From: an uncultured Aquiluna sp.
GTDB lineage: Bacteria; Actinomycetota; Actinomycetes; Actinomycetales; Microbacteriaceae
Assembly (NCBI GenBank): GCA_913775595.1
Contig: CAJYLB010000001.1
Span: forward strand, 744,001-808,000
Length of the DNA stretch: 64,000 nucleotides
Direction: 5' to 3'
The notes under the pieces are model-generated. The model was not told the DNA's origin and searched no databases. It saw nothing but the letters and a program-made list of their open reading frames with translations. Below are positions 18,972 to 28,924 of this stretch, in pieces. Numbering within the stretch: the first letter of the stretch is position 1; the number at the start of each line of letters is the position of its first letter. The position numbers were made by a program, and so were the translations under genes.

Positions 18972-20875
18972 CTCTCGCTTGCGCGCTTCCTGGCGGAGGC
19001 GGCTCTGGCCCTCACGTGAGGATCTAGCTCCACCTTGCGAATGCGGATTGCGTCAATAGTCACCTCAACGCACTCGTCCTCGCGAGCAAACTCCAAACTC
19101 TCTTCCAAGGAAAGCTTGCGCGGCGGCGTGAGCCCCTGGAAGCTATCAGCGGAGGACGCCCTCATGTTGGTGAGCTGCTTCTCCTTGGTGATGTTCACAT
19201 CCATGTCCTCGGAACGAGAGTTTTCTCCCACCACCATGCCGGTGTAGACCTCGGTGCCCGGCTCGACAAAGAAGCTGCCTCGCTCCTGAAGGGCGATCAT
19301 TGCGTAGGGGGTGGCAGCTCCTGCCCTGTCGGCGACCATCGATCCCGACTTTCGAGTGACTATCTCGCCAAACCAGGGCTCGTAGCCCGCGCTGAGTGCG
19401 TTTGCAATACCGGAACCCTTGGTGATGGTCAAGAACTCAGTTCTAAAGCCGATGAGGCCTCTCGATGGCACCTTAAACTCGACCCTTACCCAGCCAGTGC
19501 CGTTGTTGGTCATGTGAAGCATGCGACCCTTGCGAGCTGCCAAGAGCTGGGTCACTGCACCCATGAACTCCTCTGGGACATCAACCGTCAGTTCCTCGAC
19601 GGGCTCGTGCAGCTTGCCGTCGATCTTCTTGGTGACAACCTGAGGCTTACCAACGGTTAGCTCGTAGTTCTCCCTACGCATCTGCTCAACAAGGATGGCG
19701 AGGGCCAGCTCTCCCCTGCCCTGGACCTCCCAAGCGTCTGGCCGCTCTGTGGGCAGAACTCTAATAGAAACGTTTCCGATGAGTTCCCTGTCAAGGCGGT
19801 CTTTGACAAGCCTTGCGGTAATCTTTGCCCCTTTTGAGCGACCTGCCATTGGGGAGGTGTTGATTCCTATGGTCATCGAGATCGCAGGCTCGTCCACGCT
19901 GATGCCTGGCAGCGGCCTGACATCCTCTGGGTCGCAGAGCGAGTCGCCAATTGTGATGTCTTCAATACCAGCTACGGCAACAATGTCTCCGGCGCTAGCG
20001 CTTTCGATGCTGAACCTCTCGAGTGCCTTTGTTCCCAGTAGCTCAGTGATCTTGACAAGCTGCTGGCTGCCGTCTTGCCTTACCCAGGCAACTTGCTGAG
20101 CCTTGCGGATGGTGCCGTTGTGGACGCGTAGAAGCGCCAGTCGTCCAAGAAATGGGGACGCGTCCAGGTTTGTCACGTGCGCCTGCAAAGGGGCACCCTC
20201 TTCAAACTTTGGGGATGGAATGTAGTTCAGGATCGCCTCAAATAGCGGCTCAAGGTCTTCGTTGTCCGGTAGCTCACCGTTGGCAGGCTTGTTCAGCGAC
20301 GCCCTGCCGGCACGCCCAGATGCGTAGATAACTGGCAAATTGAGAATCGCATCTACATCTAGGTCAGGAACACTCTCGTGAAGATCTGAGGCGAGACCGA
20401 GCAGCAAATCATGACTCTCGTCCACGACCTCATCAATTCTCGCGTCGCTCCGGTCGGTCTTGTTCACCAACAAAATGACGGGTAACGAAGCCTCAAGGGC
20501 TTTCCTAAGGACAAATCTTGTCTGGGGCAAGGGCCCCTCCGAGGCATCCACGAGCAAAACAACGCCGTCGACCATTGACAGGCCTCGTTCCACCTCGCCA
20601 CCAAAGTCGGCGTGGCCAGGGGTGTCAATTACATTGAGTGTTACTGCCTGGCCTTTTGCCGCTGGACCTGCGTAGGTGACCGCAGTGTTCTTAGCAAGGA
20701 TTGTGATGCCCTTTTCTTTTTCAAGGTCTCCTGAGTCCATGACTCGCTCATCCACGGCAGCATGTGCGGCGAAGGAGCCGGTCTGGCGCAACATGGCATC
20801 GACCAGTGTGGTCTTTCCATGGTCGACGTGGGCAACTATGGCCAAGTTTCTTAGGGCCTGATTCGATTGGGTCAT
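18968..20875 (-). CDS. typA: Translational GTPase TypA/BipA
   Basis: AHVDHGKTT, GITILAKN, DTPGHADFGGEVER, GRGEL, KQLTNMRAS. Confidence 0.98.
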   Translation of the reverse strand: MTQSNQALRNLAIVAHVDHGKTTLVDAMLRQTGSFAAHAAVDERVMDSGDLEKEKGITILAKNTAVTYAGPAAKGQAVTLNVIDTPGHADFGGEVERGLSMVDGVVLLVDASEGPLPQTRFVLRKALEASLPVILLVNKTDRSDARIDEVVDESHDLLLGLASDLHESVPDLDVDAILNLPVIYASGRAGRASLNKPANGELPDNEDLEPLFEAILNYIPSPKFEEGAPLQAHVTNLDASPFLGRLALLRVHNGTIRKAQQVAWVRQDGSQQLVKITELLGTKALERFSIESASAGDIVAVAGIEDITIGDSLCDPEDVRPLPGISVDEPAISMTIGINTSPMAGRSKGAKITARLVKDRLDRELIGNVSIRVLPTERPDAWEVQGRGELALAILVEQMRRENYELTVGKPQVVTKKIDGKLHEPVEELTVDVPEEFMGAVTQLLAARKGRMLHMTNNGTGWVRVEFKVPSRGLIGFRTEFLTITKGSGIANALSAGYEPWFGEIVTRKSGSMVADRAGAATPYAMIALQERGSFFVEPGTEVYTGMVVGENSRSEDMDVNITKEKQLTNMRASSADSFQGLTPPRKLSLEESLEFAREDECVEVTIDAIRIRKVELDPHVRARAASARKRASES

Positions 20876-20964
20876 CTATTACCTAGGTTTGGGGAGCCCG
20901 TTTCAGGCCCGGCTTAGTTTATTGGCTGCCGCTCAAATAGTCCCCAAATTAGACTCAACGGGTT

Positions 20965-21552
20965 ATGGCAACTGACTTTACGCAGGGACTCGAGCAGGCC
21001 TCAGAACGTCTTGCGGAACTCGCCGGCAACCTCCCAACACCTGTTGTGTTGATTGACGGGAGAGCGGGCTCTGGAAAGTCACTATTTGCCTCCAGGCTTG
21101 GAGATTCATATTTTCAAACTAGCCGTCAGGCAGCAAGGATTGTTCGCCTCGACGATCTCTACCCTGGTTGGGAAGGACTTATCGCGGGAAGCCTCTACCT
21201 CAGAGAGAAAATTCTTGAGCCCTTGGCAAGCGGAAGGCCTGCCAGTTGGCAAATCTGGAACTGGGAGCTGGGCGGGCGCGGAGCCCCCAGCGAACCAGGC
21301 AATGGCTTCCGCGAATTTGGCGGCGGAACTCCCCTAATCGTTGAGGGGTGCGGAGCACTATCCAAGGCTGCCGTTGAAAACGCCAATCTCACAGTCTGGA
21401 TCGAGGCAGACACTGCGGAGCGACGCAAGCGGTTCAGCGAACGTGACGGCGGAGCATTCGATGAGTTTTGGGGGGTCTGGGCAGCCCAAGAAGATGAGTT
21501 CTATCTGGCAGAAAACTCAAGTGAGCTAGCCGAGCTCGTTATTCAGAACTAG
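20965..21552 (+). CDS. P-loop kinase-like protein (uridine kinase/NMP kinase-like)
   Basis: IDGRAGSGKS Walker A, LDDLYPGWEGL, IVEGCGA, RDG. Confidence 0.75.
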   Translation: MATDFTQGLEQASERLAELAGNLPTPVVLIDGRAGSGKSLFASRLGDSYFQTSRQAARIVRLDDLYPGWEGLIAGSLYLREKILEPLASGRPASWQIWNWELGGRGAPSEPGNGFREFGGGTPLIVEGCGALSKAAVENANLTVWIEADTAERRKRFSERDGGAFDEFWGVWAAQEDEFYLAENSSELAELVIQN

Positions 21553-22183
21553 TTCTGTTCGCCCGCCAGGTTCTAACCCCAGCGATAACGCTCAGGGTTA
21601 TCACGACAAGGGCAATTGCGTAGGTGGCATTTCTCACAAACGGAATCGAGTAGGTGAAGTAGCCCGCCAGAGTAAGGCCACAACCCCACAGCATGGCTCC
21701 AACAGCATTTGCGCTGAAGAACTTGTAGTAGTTCATTTTCGAAATGCCCGCGAGCGCCGGAATGATTACCCGTCCCCATGGCACAAACCTTGCCACGATG
21801 ATTGACCACCAGCCGTAGCGAACGTAAAAGACTTCGGATTTCTCTATGGCGTTCTTCAGCCACTTGCCTTTGCGTTTATCCAAGTAGGGCCGGCCGTAGT
21901 GCCTACCTAGGGTGTACCCAACCTGATCTCCAAGCCAGGCGGCAATTCCAACGCCAATCACCATCACAACTATGTTGATGCTGTCCTGGTTGGCTGCTGC
22001 CACCAATCCAGCTGCAAAAACCAACGAATCCCCGGTAATGAAAGGAATGAAGGCCCCGACGAAGAGTCCGGTACCCGCAAAAACTAGGCCGAATACAGCT
22101 GCATAAAACAGGTAGGGGCCAGTCTGGTCGAACCATCCAACGATGTCATCGGTCACAGAAAGACGGATGAGATTGGAGGGCAT
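21539..22183 (-). CDS. DedA/VTT family membrane protein
   Basis: GDSLVFAAG, GDQVGYTLGR, ARFVP. Confidence 0.9.
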   Translation of the reverse strand: MPSNLIRLSVTDDIVGWFDQTGPYLFYAAVFGLVFAGTGLFVGAFIPFITGDSLVFAAGLVAAANQDSINIVVMVIGVGIAAWLGDQVGYTLGRHYGRPYLDKRKGKWLKNAIEKSEVFYVRYGWWSIIVARFVPWGRVIIPALAGISKMNYYKFFSANAVGAMLWGCGLTLAGYFTYSIPFVRNATYAIALVVITLSVIAGVRTWRANRTSSE

Positions 22184-22220
22184 TTCATAAGTCTAAGCGC
22201 TCCAGGGGGCTACAAAATTC

Positions 22221-23294
22221 CTAGACGTTGAAGCGGAACTCGACCACATCGCCGTCTTGCATGATGTAGTCCTTACCTTCCATGCGAACCTTGCCCTGAG
22301 CCTTTGCCTCGGCCATTGAGCCAGCGGAATCCAGATCCTCAAAGGAGACGATCTCTGCCTTGATAAAGCCCTTTTCGAAGTCAGTGTGAATTACACCGGC
22401 GGCCTGAGGAGCTTTCCAGCCCTTGCGAATTGTCCAGGCCCTCGACTCCTTTGGGCCAGCAGTTAGGTAGGTCTGCAAACCCAGCGTTTGGAAACCAATC
22501 CTGGCCAATTGGTCAAGTCCGCTCTCGCTCTGACCTAGAGAGGCTAAGAGCTCACTGGCGTCCTCCGGGTTTAGGTCAATCAACTCACTCTCCACCTTGG
22601 CATCCAGAAAGACAGCCTCCGCAGGTGCAACCAGGGCTGCCAACTCGGCCAGCTTCGACTTGTCGGTTAGCACTGCCTCGTCCACATTGAAAACAAAGAG
22701 GATGGGCTTTGCCGTCAGGAGTCCAAGGTCCTTGATGTGGCTCATGTCAACAGAGCTCAGAGAAAGCGGCTTGCCGCCGTTCAGAGCCTCAATCGCCTCA
22801 TCGATTGCCGCTAAGACCTGCGGATCATTCCGCTTTGTCCTAACTTCTTTTTCGATCCTTGGCCTTGCTTTCTCAAGGGTCTGCAGATCAGCCAGGATGA
22901 GCTCGGTATTGATGGTCTCGATGTCGCTTGCAGCATCGACCTTGCCGTCAACGTGAACTACATCGCTATCAGAAAAACCCCTAACCACCTGCGCAATTGC
23001 GTCTGCCTCACGAATATTCGCTAGGAATTGGTTTCCCAGACCTTCACCTTCGGATGCACCCCGGACAATGCCCGCAATGTCAACAAATGAAACCGGTGCA
23101 GGCACAATCTTCTCCGAGGAGAAGATCTGGCTCAGTCTCTCAAGCCTGCTATCGGGAAGGTTTACTACTCCAATGTTTGGCTCGATAGTTGCAAAAGGAT
23201 AGTTTGCCGCGAGCACAGAGTTCTTAGTGAGTGCATTGAACAGGGTCGACTTGCCAACGTTGGGCAGTCCTACGATTCCGATAGTTAGGGCCAC
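22221..23294 (-). CDS. ychF: Redox-regulated ATPase YchF
   Basis: GIVGLPNVGKST, ANYPFATIEPN, DIAG, GVIHTDF. Confidence 0.98.
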   Translation of the reverse strand: MALTIGIVGLPNVGKSTLFNALTKNSVLAANYPFATIEPNIGVVNLPDSRLERLSQIFSSEKIVPAPVSFVDIAGIVRGASEGEGLGNQFLANIREADAIAQVVRGFSDSDVVHVDGKVDAASDIETINTELILADLQTLEKARPRIEKEVRTKRNDPQVLAAIDEAIEALNGGKPLSLSSVDMSHIKDLGLLTAKPILFVFNVDEAVLTDKSKLAELAALVAPAEAVFLDAKVESELIDLNPEDASELLASLGQSESGLDQLARIGFQTLGLQTYLTAGPKESRAWTIRKGWKAPQAAGVIHTDFEKGFIKAEIVSFEDLDSAGSMAEAKAQGKVRMEGKDYIMQDGDVVEFRFNV

Positions 23295-23324
23295 CGCGAA
23301 AGTCTATTGCCCGATAATTGGCTT

Positions 23325-23894
23325 GTGGCTTTGGACTTCGTAGCAATCGACTTTGAGACCGCCAACGCCTCCCCTGCCTCGCCCTGTGCCGTTGGGCTGG
23401 TGAAAGTGCAAGAGGGGGAGATTAGAGAGTCCCTCTCGATGCTGTTTAAGCCTCCCTACCCGAACAACTGGTTTCACGAGGGAAACATTGCGGTCCACGG
23501 CATTAGACCAGATGACATTCTGGATGCCCCGGATTGGCTAGATGCCCTCCCGGAGCTTCTCTTCTTCACCGATGGGTTACCGCTCATCGCTCACAACGCC
23601 AGTTTTGATATGTCTGTGCTCAAGGCCTCTGCGGCGGCGGCTAGCTTTGACCTTCCAAATCTCAGCTACGGCTGCAGCCTCAAAATGGCTCGGAAAACCT
23701 ACAGCCTCGATAGCTATCGGCTGAATGCCGTTGCCTATGCCATAGGACACGAGGAGTTTCGGCATCACGACGCGCTCGCGGACTCCGATGCCTGCGCCAG
23801 AATCGTGTTGCACATGGCAGACCGGCATGGTGTCGAGGACCTAGAAGGGTTGCTCCGTAGCACCAACCAGCGTTTGCAAACCTTAGTTGTCTGA
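23325..23894 (+). CDS. DEDDh 3'-5' exonuclease (DnaQ-like)
   Basis: IDFET, AHNASFD, HDALAD; start moved to GTG 23325, 6 nt after GATAAT. Confidence 0.9.
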   Translation: MALDFVAIDFETANASPASPCAVGLVKVQEGEIRESLSMLFKPPYPNNWFHEGNIAVHGIRPDDILDAPDWLDALPELLFFTDGLPLIAHNASFDMSVLKASAAAASFDLPNLSYGCSLKMARKTYSLDSYRLNAVAYAIGHEEFRHHDALADSDACARIVLHMADRHGVEDLEGLLRSTNQRLQTLVV

Positions 23895-23916
23895 CCCCAC
23901 TGCAATACTGGCGGTT

Positions 23917-25116
23917 ATGGATCTAACTCTGCTTTTTGTCCTAAATGGCCTGGGGCTCGGGCTCGTTGTGGGCGGCCTTCTTGGCTACAGATATGCCAGG
24001 CGCAAAGCCTCCGGATCAGACCCTGCGGTACTTGCCAAGCTTGCGGCCCTAGAGGCCACCGAGCAAGAGCTCAGAAACCAGCTGGCAAAGGCTGATGAGG
24101 CCGCTAAGGAGGCTCAGGGGCAGAAGGATCAGGAAAACAAGGTCCTGGTTCAGCTTGCTCCGGTGAAGGAGCAACTGGAGCAGATGCAGACGGTCGTGCA
24201 GCGTATGGAGCGCGAGCGCGTAGAGCAGTTCAGCTCCATCTCCGAGCAGCTCAAGAGTGCCATCGAGACAGACGAGAGTCTGAGGAAACAAACTCAGCAG
24301 CTCTCCCAAGCACTCAGCTCCAACTCCCTCCGGGGAGTATGGGGTGAGGCTCAGCTCAGGAAACTCGTTGAGCTAGCAGGCTTGATCAAGCACGCCGACT
24401 TTGCCGAGCAGGCAACTATTTCAACAGGAGATAAGTCGGGCAGGGCCGACATGGTTATCAACCTTCCAGGCGGCAAGGCCCTGGCGATTGACTCAAAAGT
24501 GCCATTCGATAAGTACCAGGAGGCGAGCACCATCAGCGAGCTCGCCAGCGGTGAGGAGCTCGATAGGCGAAAGAAGCTGCTTGCTGAGCACGTCAAGGCC
24601 ATGAAGGGCCACATTGACGAGCTAGCTGGCAGAGCGTACTGGGAGGGCCTCGAGAGCTCTCCTGACTTCGTAATTTGCTTCGTGCCCAGTGAGTCCCTAC
24701 TTTCTGGAGCCCTGGAGCAGGACCCAGCACTAATGGAGTACGCCTTCAAGAAAAATGTTGCGCTCGCCTCTCCGGTATCGCTCTTTTCGGTTCTGAAGAC
24801 GATCAACTACATCTGGCGCCAAAATGCTGATGAGTCACAGGTTCGCTCGATGATCAAGCTCGGTCGTGAGCTCTATGAGCGGGTTGGAAAGGTGGCAGCC
24901 CTGGCTGCCGACCTCGGTAACAAGCTCACCAGCACCGTCAAGAGCTACAACGGCTTTGTGTCCTCTCTTGAGACCAGAATGCTGGTGACTGCCCGCAAGC
25001 TGAACGACCTTGACGAGAACGAGCTGGGGACCGACTCGATCGAGAGCCCAAAACTCATCGAACAGGGGCCAAATGCCATCACCGCCAAAGAGCTAGACGA
25101 GAGCGAAGATAAGTAG
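23917..25116 (+). CDS. rmuC: DNA recombination protein RmuC
   Basis: N-terminal TM, coiled coil, RGVWGE, IDSKVP, PDFVICFVPSE; ATG 23917 preferred. Confidence 0.93.
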   Translation: MDLTLLFVLNGLGLGLVVGGLLGYRYARRKASGSDPAVLAKLAALEATEQELRNQLAKADEAAKEAQGQKDQENKVLVQLAPVKEQLEQMQTVVQRMERERVEQFSSISEQLKSAIETDESLRKQTQQLSQALSSNSLRGVWGEAQLRKLVELAGLIKHADFAEQATISTGDKSGRADMVINLPGGKALAIDSKVPFDKYQEASTISELASGEELDRRKKLLAEHVKAMKGHIDELAGRAYWEGLESSPDFVICFVPSESLLSGALEQDPALMEYAFKKNVALASPVSLFSVLKTINYIWRQNADESQVRSMIKLGRELYERVGKVAALAADLGNKLTSTVKSYNGFVSSLETRMLVTARKLNDLDENELGTDSIESPKLIEQGPNAITAKELDESEDK

Positions 25117-25149
25117 TTATTTGGCTATAGTGGGCTGTGCGCCTACAAC

Positions 25150-25179
25150 GATGTGAGTGTTTCTTTTTTTACTCACATC
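25150..25179 (+). promoter_or_regulatory. Perfect 9-bp inverted repeat in the leader of the pfkB-fbaA operon
   Basis: GATGTGAGT-12 nt-ACTCACATC directly before AAGGAG. Confidence 0.6.
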
Positions 25180-25191
25180 CAAGGAGTCTTG

Positions 25192-26205
25192 ATGGCTGAC
25201 CAGAAATCACCTGTTGTAACTCTCACGCCCTCACCGACCCTGGATCGCACGTACTTTGTAAAGAACCTTGTCGAGGGCGGCGTAAACCGCGCCTACGAAG
25301 TCGGTGAGGAGCTCGCAGGTAAGGGAATCAACGTAGCTCGCGGACTCCAGCTAGCAAACATCCCAGCCCCGGGCGTTGTTCCCATCGGCAATGCTGACCC
25401 AGCCGTTTTAAAGCGCACCGGCTCCTCGAGCTTTCTGGTTCCACTCTGGGTTGATGGAACCCTTCGGGTTTCAACCACGGTTGTCGAATACGACGGCCCA
25501 ACAACAAAGATCAACGAGCACCCCCGCCCCCTTCATCAAAAGGACTGGGACGCGGTAATCGCGCTAACAGAAAAGACGCTCGTAGAGACCTCCGCGAATT
25601 GGCTCGTGGTTGCGGGAGCGCACCCAGAGATAATCGAGACTGACAAAGTCATAGATTTGGACCCGCTCTTTGAGGTGACAAGCCGTCTTGGGGTCAAGGT
25701 AATTCTCGATACCTCGGGTGACCCGCTTCGCTACTGGGCACAAAAGGGCAGCGCGACAGTGATGAAGCCGAACGCTCACGAGCTCGCAGAGTGTGTTGGT
25801 AAAGACCTTGGCACTGTCGGAGACGTTGTAGACGCCGCAAGAACACTCAACGACTGGGGTGTGGACTTGATCTTGGCCTCAATGGGTGTAGACGGGATCA
25901 TTGCCGTTACAAAGACCCACGCGATCCACGCCTTCACGCCAGCCGTGAAAGTAATTAACACCGTAGGCGCCGGCGACTCAACCATTGCCGGATTCCTCTC
26001 AGCAGTCAGTAAAAATGACACTGACCCCGATGCCTATGGCGTCGGCTTCGATGTCGCTGGTGGTATTGCAGCGGCAGTGCAGTGGGGTGCCGCGAAAGTG
26101 CAGCAGCCAACCAGTGGGCTTAAGTCAATCGACAATCTCGTTGAGGCGACAGTTGACCTCGACCCCGACCGCGACCGCCCCTTGGGCGAACCAGCCCAAG
26201 CCTAA
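25192..26205 (+). CDS. PfkB-family hexose kinase (1-phosphofructokinase/Pfk2-like)
   Basis: TPSPTLD, AGKGINVA, DTSG, KPNAHEL, NTVGAGDS; AAGGAG SD before ATG 25192. Confidence 0.9.
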   Translation: MADQKSPVVTLTPSPTLDRTYFVKNLVEGGVNRAYEVGEELAGKGINVARGLQLANIPAPGVVPIGNADPAVLKRTGSSSFLVPLWVDGTLRVSTTVVEYDGPTTKINEHPRPLHQKDWDAVIALTEKTLVETSANWLVVAGAHPEIIETDKVIDLDPLFEVTSRLGVKVILDTSGDPLRYWAQKGSATVMKPNAHELAECVGKDLGTVGDVVDAARTLNDWGVDLILASMGVDGIIAVTKTHAIHAFTPAVKVINTVGAGDSTIAGFLSAVSKNDTDPDAYGVGFDVAGGIAAAVQWGAAKVQQPTSGLKSIDNLVEATVDLDPDRDRPLGEPAQA

Positions 26206-26215
26206 GGAGGCAAAA

Positions 26216-27238
26216 ATGGCCGTAGTTTCATCAGCCGAATACGCGGAGATGCTTGACCGCGCAAAGGCAAAAGGTTTTGCCTACCCTGCAATAAACGTTT
26301 CGAGCTCTCAGACCCTAAATGCTGCGCTCGCGGGTCTCCAAGAGGCAGGCAGCGATGGCATCCTGCAGGTGTCAACTGGCGGCGCAGATTATTGGAGCGG
26401 CCCAACCGTCAAGAACAGGGTTTCAGGTGCTCTGGCGTTCGCGGCATTTGCTCGTGAGGTTGCAAAGAACTTTGATATCAAGGTTGCTCTTCACACCGAC
26501 CACTGCGCAGAGGACCAGCTCGATGGCTTTGTGCGTCCCCTGCTGGAAATCTCTGCTGAGCAGGTCAAAGCAGGAGGCGAGGCAGTATTCAATTCCCACA
26601 TGTGGGACGGCAGCGCTATTGCCCTGGATAAGAACCTAGAGATAGCTAAAGAACTTCTTGCCAAGTCCAAGAACGTGGGCTCAATTCTTGAGATAGAGGT
26701 GGGTGCAGTAGGTGGTGAAGAGGACGGCATCGATGGCGGCATGGGTGATCACCTTTACACCACAGTTGCCGATGGTATGCAGACTGTCGAGGCTCTTGGC
26801 CTTGGAGAAAACGGCCGCTACATGGCAGCTCTCACATTTGGTAACGTGCACGGCGTTTACAAGCCAGGAAACGTAAAGCTAAAGCCAGAGTTGCTGGATG
26901 AGATTCAGCGCGAGGTTGGTGCCAAGTATGGCAAAGATGCTCCGTTCGACCTCGTATTCCACGGAGGCTCCGGTTCAACTGAAAAAGAGATTGCAGACGC
27001 AGTTAGCTTTGGTGTGATCAAGATGAACATCGATACCGACACCCAATACGCCTTCACCAGGCCCATCGTGGACCACATGTTCAAAAACTATGACGGTGTC
27101 CTCAAGGTTGACGGAGAGGTCGGCAACAAAAAGACCTACGACCCAAGAAACTGGGGCAAGGCCGCAGAGGCTGGCATGTCGGCTCGTGTTGTAGAGGCTG
27201 CAAAGCAGCTTGGGTCAGCCGGTCAATCCAGCTGGTAG
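26216..27238 (+). CDS. fbaA: Class II fructose-bisphosphate aldolase
   Basis: FAYPAIN, LHTDHC, SHMWDGS, FGNVHG, VFHGGSG; AAGGAGG SD before ATG 26216. Confidence 0.97.
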   Translation: MAVVSSAEYAEMLDRAKAKGFAYPAINVSSSQTLNAALAGLQEAGSDGILQVSTGGADYWSGPTVKNRVSGALAFAAFAREVAKNFDIKVALHTDHCAEDQLDGFVRPLLEISAEQVKAGGEAVFNSHMWDGSAIALDKNLEIAKELLAKSKNVGSILEIEVGAVGGEEDGIDGGMGDHLYTTVADGMQTVEALGLGENGRYMAALTFGNVHGVYKPGNVKLKPELLDEIQREVGAKYGKDAPFDLVFHGGSGSTEKEIADAVSFGVIKMNIDTDTQYAFTRPIVDHMFKNYDGVLKVDGEVGNKKTYDPRNWGKAAEAGMSARVVEAAKQLGSAGQSSW

Positions 27239-27242
27239 CGAG

Positions 27243-27884
27243 CTAGGGCTGGAGCCGCTGCGGCTCCCACTGGTCTGAGGATTCGTCCCTAGAAAAGGCA
27301 ATCCTGTCGTGCATTCTGTTTGAACGCCCCTTCCAGAACTCGATTCGATTGGGAACTATTCGGTAGCCTCCCCAGTATTCAGGCTTGGGGACAACCTCTC
27401 CATCAAATTTAGCCAGCGCCTCGGAGAACTGTTCGTCCAGTTTTTCTCGCGATTGAATTGGCTGCGACTGCCGAGATGACCACGCCGCAACCTGAGATTC
27501 ATGGGGCCTGGAATGGAAGTACTTCTCTGAATCAACGTCTGAAATTCGCTCGACTTGGCCCTCTATCAATACCTGCCGATAGATCGAATACCAGCCAAAC
27601 ACCGCGCTTACAAAGGGGTTATTCTCTATCGCCTGGCCCTTTCGGGACTCAAAGTTCGTGAAGAAGACAAAGCAGCCATCCTCGACACCTTTGAGAAGCA
27701 CTGTCCGAGAACTAGGCTTGTTGCCTTTGGCGATGGTGCTCAGGACAAAAGCGTTGGGCTCGAAGATTTCAGCCTTTTCGGCCTCAATTAGCCAGTCCTT
27801 GAATTGCTCAATGGGGTCTTCAAGGAGCTGACTCTCGCTCAGCGCCTCTTGCCCGTAATCTTCGTGCCTGCCCAGGGAGTCCAT
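27243..27884 (-). CDS. pdxH: Pyridoxamine 5'-phosphate oxidase
   Basis: RTVLLK, SRKG, YFHSRP, WGGY, EFWKGRSNRMHDR, RLQP. Confidence 0.96.
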   Translation of the reverse strand: MDSLGRHEDYGQEALSESQLLEDPIEQFKDWLIEAEKAEIFEPNAFVLSTIAKGNKPSSRTVLLKGVEDGCFVFFTNFESRKGQAIENNPFVSAVFGWYSIYRQVLIEGQVERISDVDSEKYFHSRPHESQVAAWSSRQSQPIQSREKLDEQFSEALAKFDGEVVPKPEYWGGYRIVPNRIEFWKGRSNRMHDRIAFSRDESSDQWEPQRLQP

Positions 27885-27895
27885 TGTGTTGGGTT

Positions 27896-28888
27896 CTAAC
27901 TGCCGCTTGCTTTTAGGTCTTTGCGAAGCTCTTTTGGCAGTGAGAACTGGATGTCTTCCTCCGCTGTGGTTACGGTCTCAACGTTGCCAAAACCCTTAGC
28001 GTCTAGGTATTCAATAACCTCTTCGACCAGATCCTCTGGCACCGAGGCACCTGAGGTAACACCAACACTTTGAACTCCCTCAAACCATTCGTCTTTGATC
28101 TCTGAGGTGTCATCAACTCGGTATGCGGCTTTGGCTCCAGCGTCCAGAGCAACCTCCACCAGCCTTACTGTGTTAGACGAATTAGCGGAACCAACGACAA
28201 TGACTAGGTCTGACTCTGCGCCAACTTTTTTTATAGCCACCTGTCGGTTTTGGGTGGCATAACAAATGTCATCACTCGGAGGGTTCTGCATCTGCGGGAA
28301 CCGCTCTCTCAGCTTCACAACTGTCTCCATAGTCTCATCAACAGAGAGAGTGGTCTGCGATAGCCATATGACTTTCTCGGGATCTTTGACCTTTGCGTTT
28401 TGGATATCCTCGTCGCCATCAATCAGCTGAACAGCGTGTGGGGCCTCGCCGGCCGTTCCCTCAACTTCCTCATGGCCGTCGTGACCAACGAGCAAAATGT
28501 CAAAACCCTCTTTTTCAAACCTGAGCACTTCTTTGTGGACCTTGGTCACGAGAGGGCAGGTCGCGTCAATGGTGTGCTGGTTTCGGGCCTTTGCCGCCTC
28601 CACCACCGCGGGTGAAACTCCATGCGCCGAAAAAACCATTACGCAGCCCTCTGGAGCCTCGTCCACCTCGTCAACAAATACCGCACCCCGTCTTTCAAGG
28701 TTGCGGACCACGTGCTTGTTGTGAACGATCTGCTTCCTGACATAGACGGGAGCCCCGTAGTGATCGAGTGCTTTCTCAACCGCTATTACCGCCCTGTCCA
28801 CCCCTGCGCAGTAACCCCTAGGGGACGCCAGGAGAACCTTCTTTCCCGAATTGGTGTCGGGATGGGCGTTATTGTTGATTAGGGTCAC
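27896..28888 (-). CDS. ispH: 4-hydroxy-3-methylbut-2-enyl diphosphate reductase
   Basis: [31 protein letters not shown] 28888, 6 nt after TAGAAT. Confidence 0.97.
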   Translation of the reverse strand: MTLINNNAHPDTNSGKKVLLASPRGYCAGVDRAVIAVEKALDHYGAPVYVRKQIVHNKHVVRNLERRGAVFVDEVDEAPEGCVMVFSAHGVSPAVVEAAKARNQHTIDATCPLVTKVHKEVLRFEKEGFDILLVGHDGHEEVEGTAGEAPHAVQLIDGDEDIQNAKVKDPEKVIWLSQTTLSVDETMETVVKLRERFPQMQNPPSDDICYATQNRQVAIKKVGAESDLVIVVGSANSSNTVRLVEVALDAGAKAAYRVDDTSEIKDEWFEGVQSVGVTSGASVPEDLVEEVIEYLDAKGFGNVETVTTAEEDIQFSLPKELRKDLKASGS

Positions 28889-28924
28889 CACTCAATTCTA
28901 CGAACCGTTACCGGAGGCTATTGC

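Noticed and set aside
20888..20948. TTTGGGGA...TCCCCAAA inverted repeat between typA and the kinase gene
   Set aside because: The 45-nt spacer spans the predicted typA -10, so both arms are unlikely to be in one transcript; may be chance.
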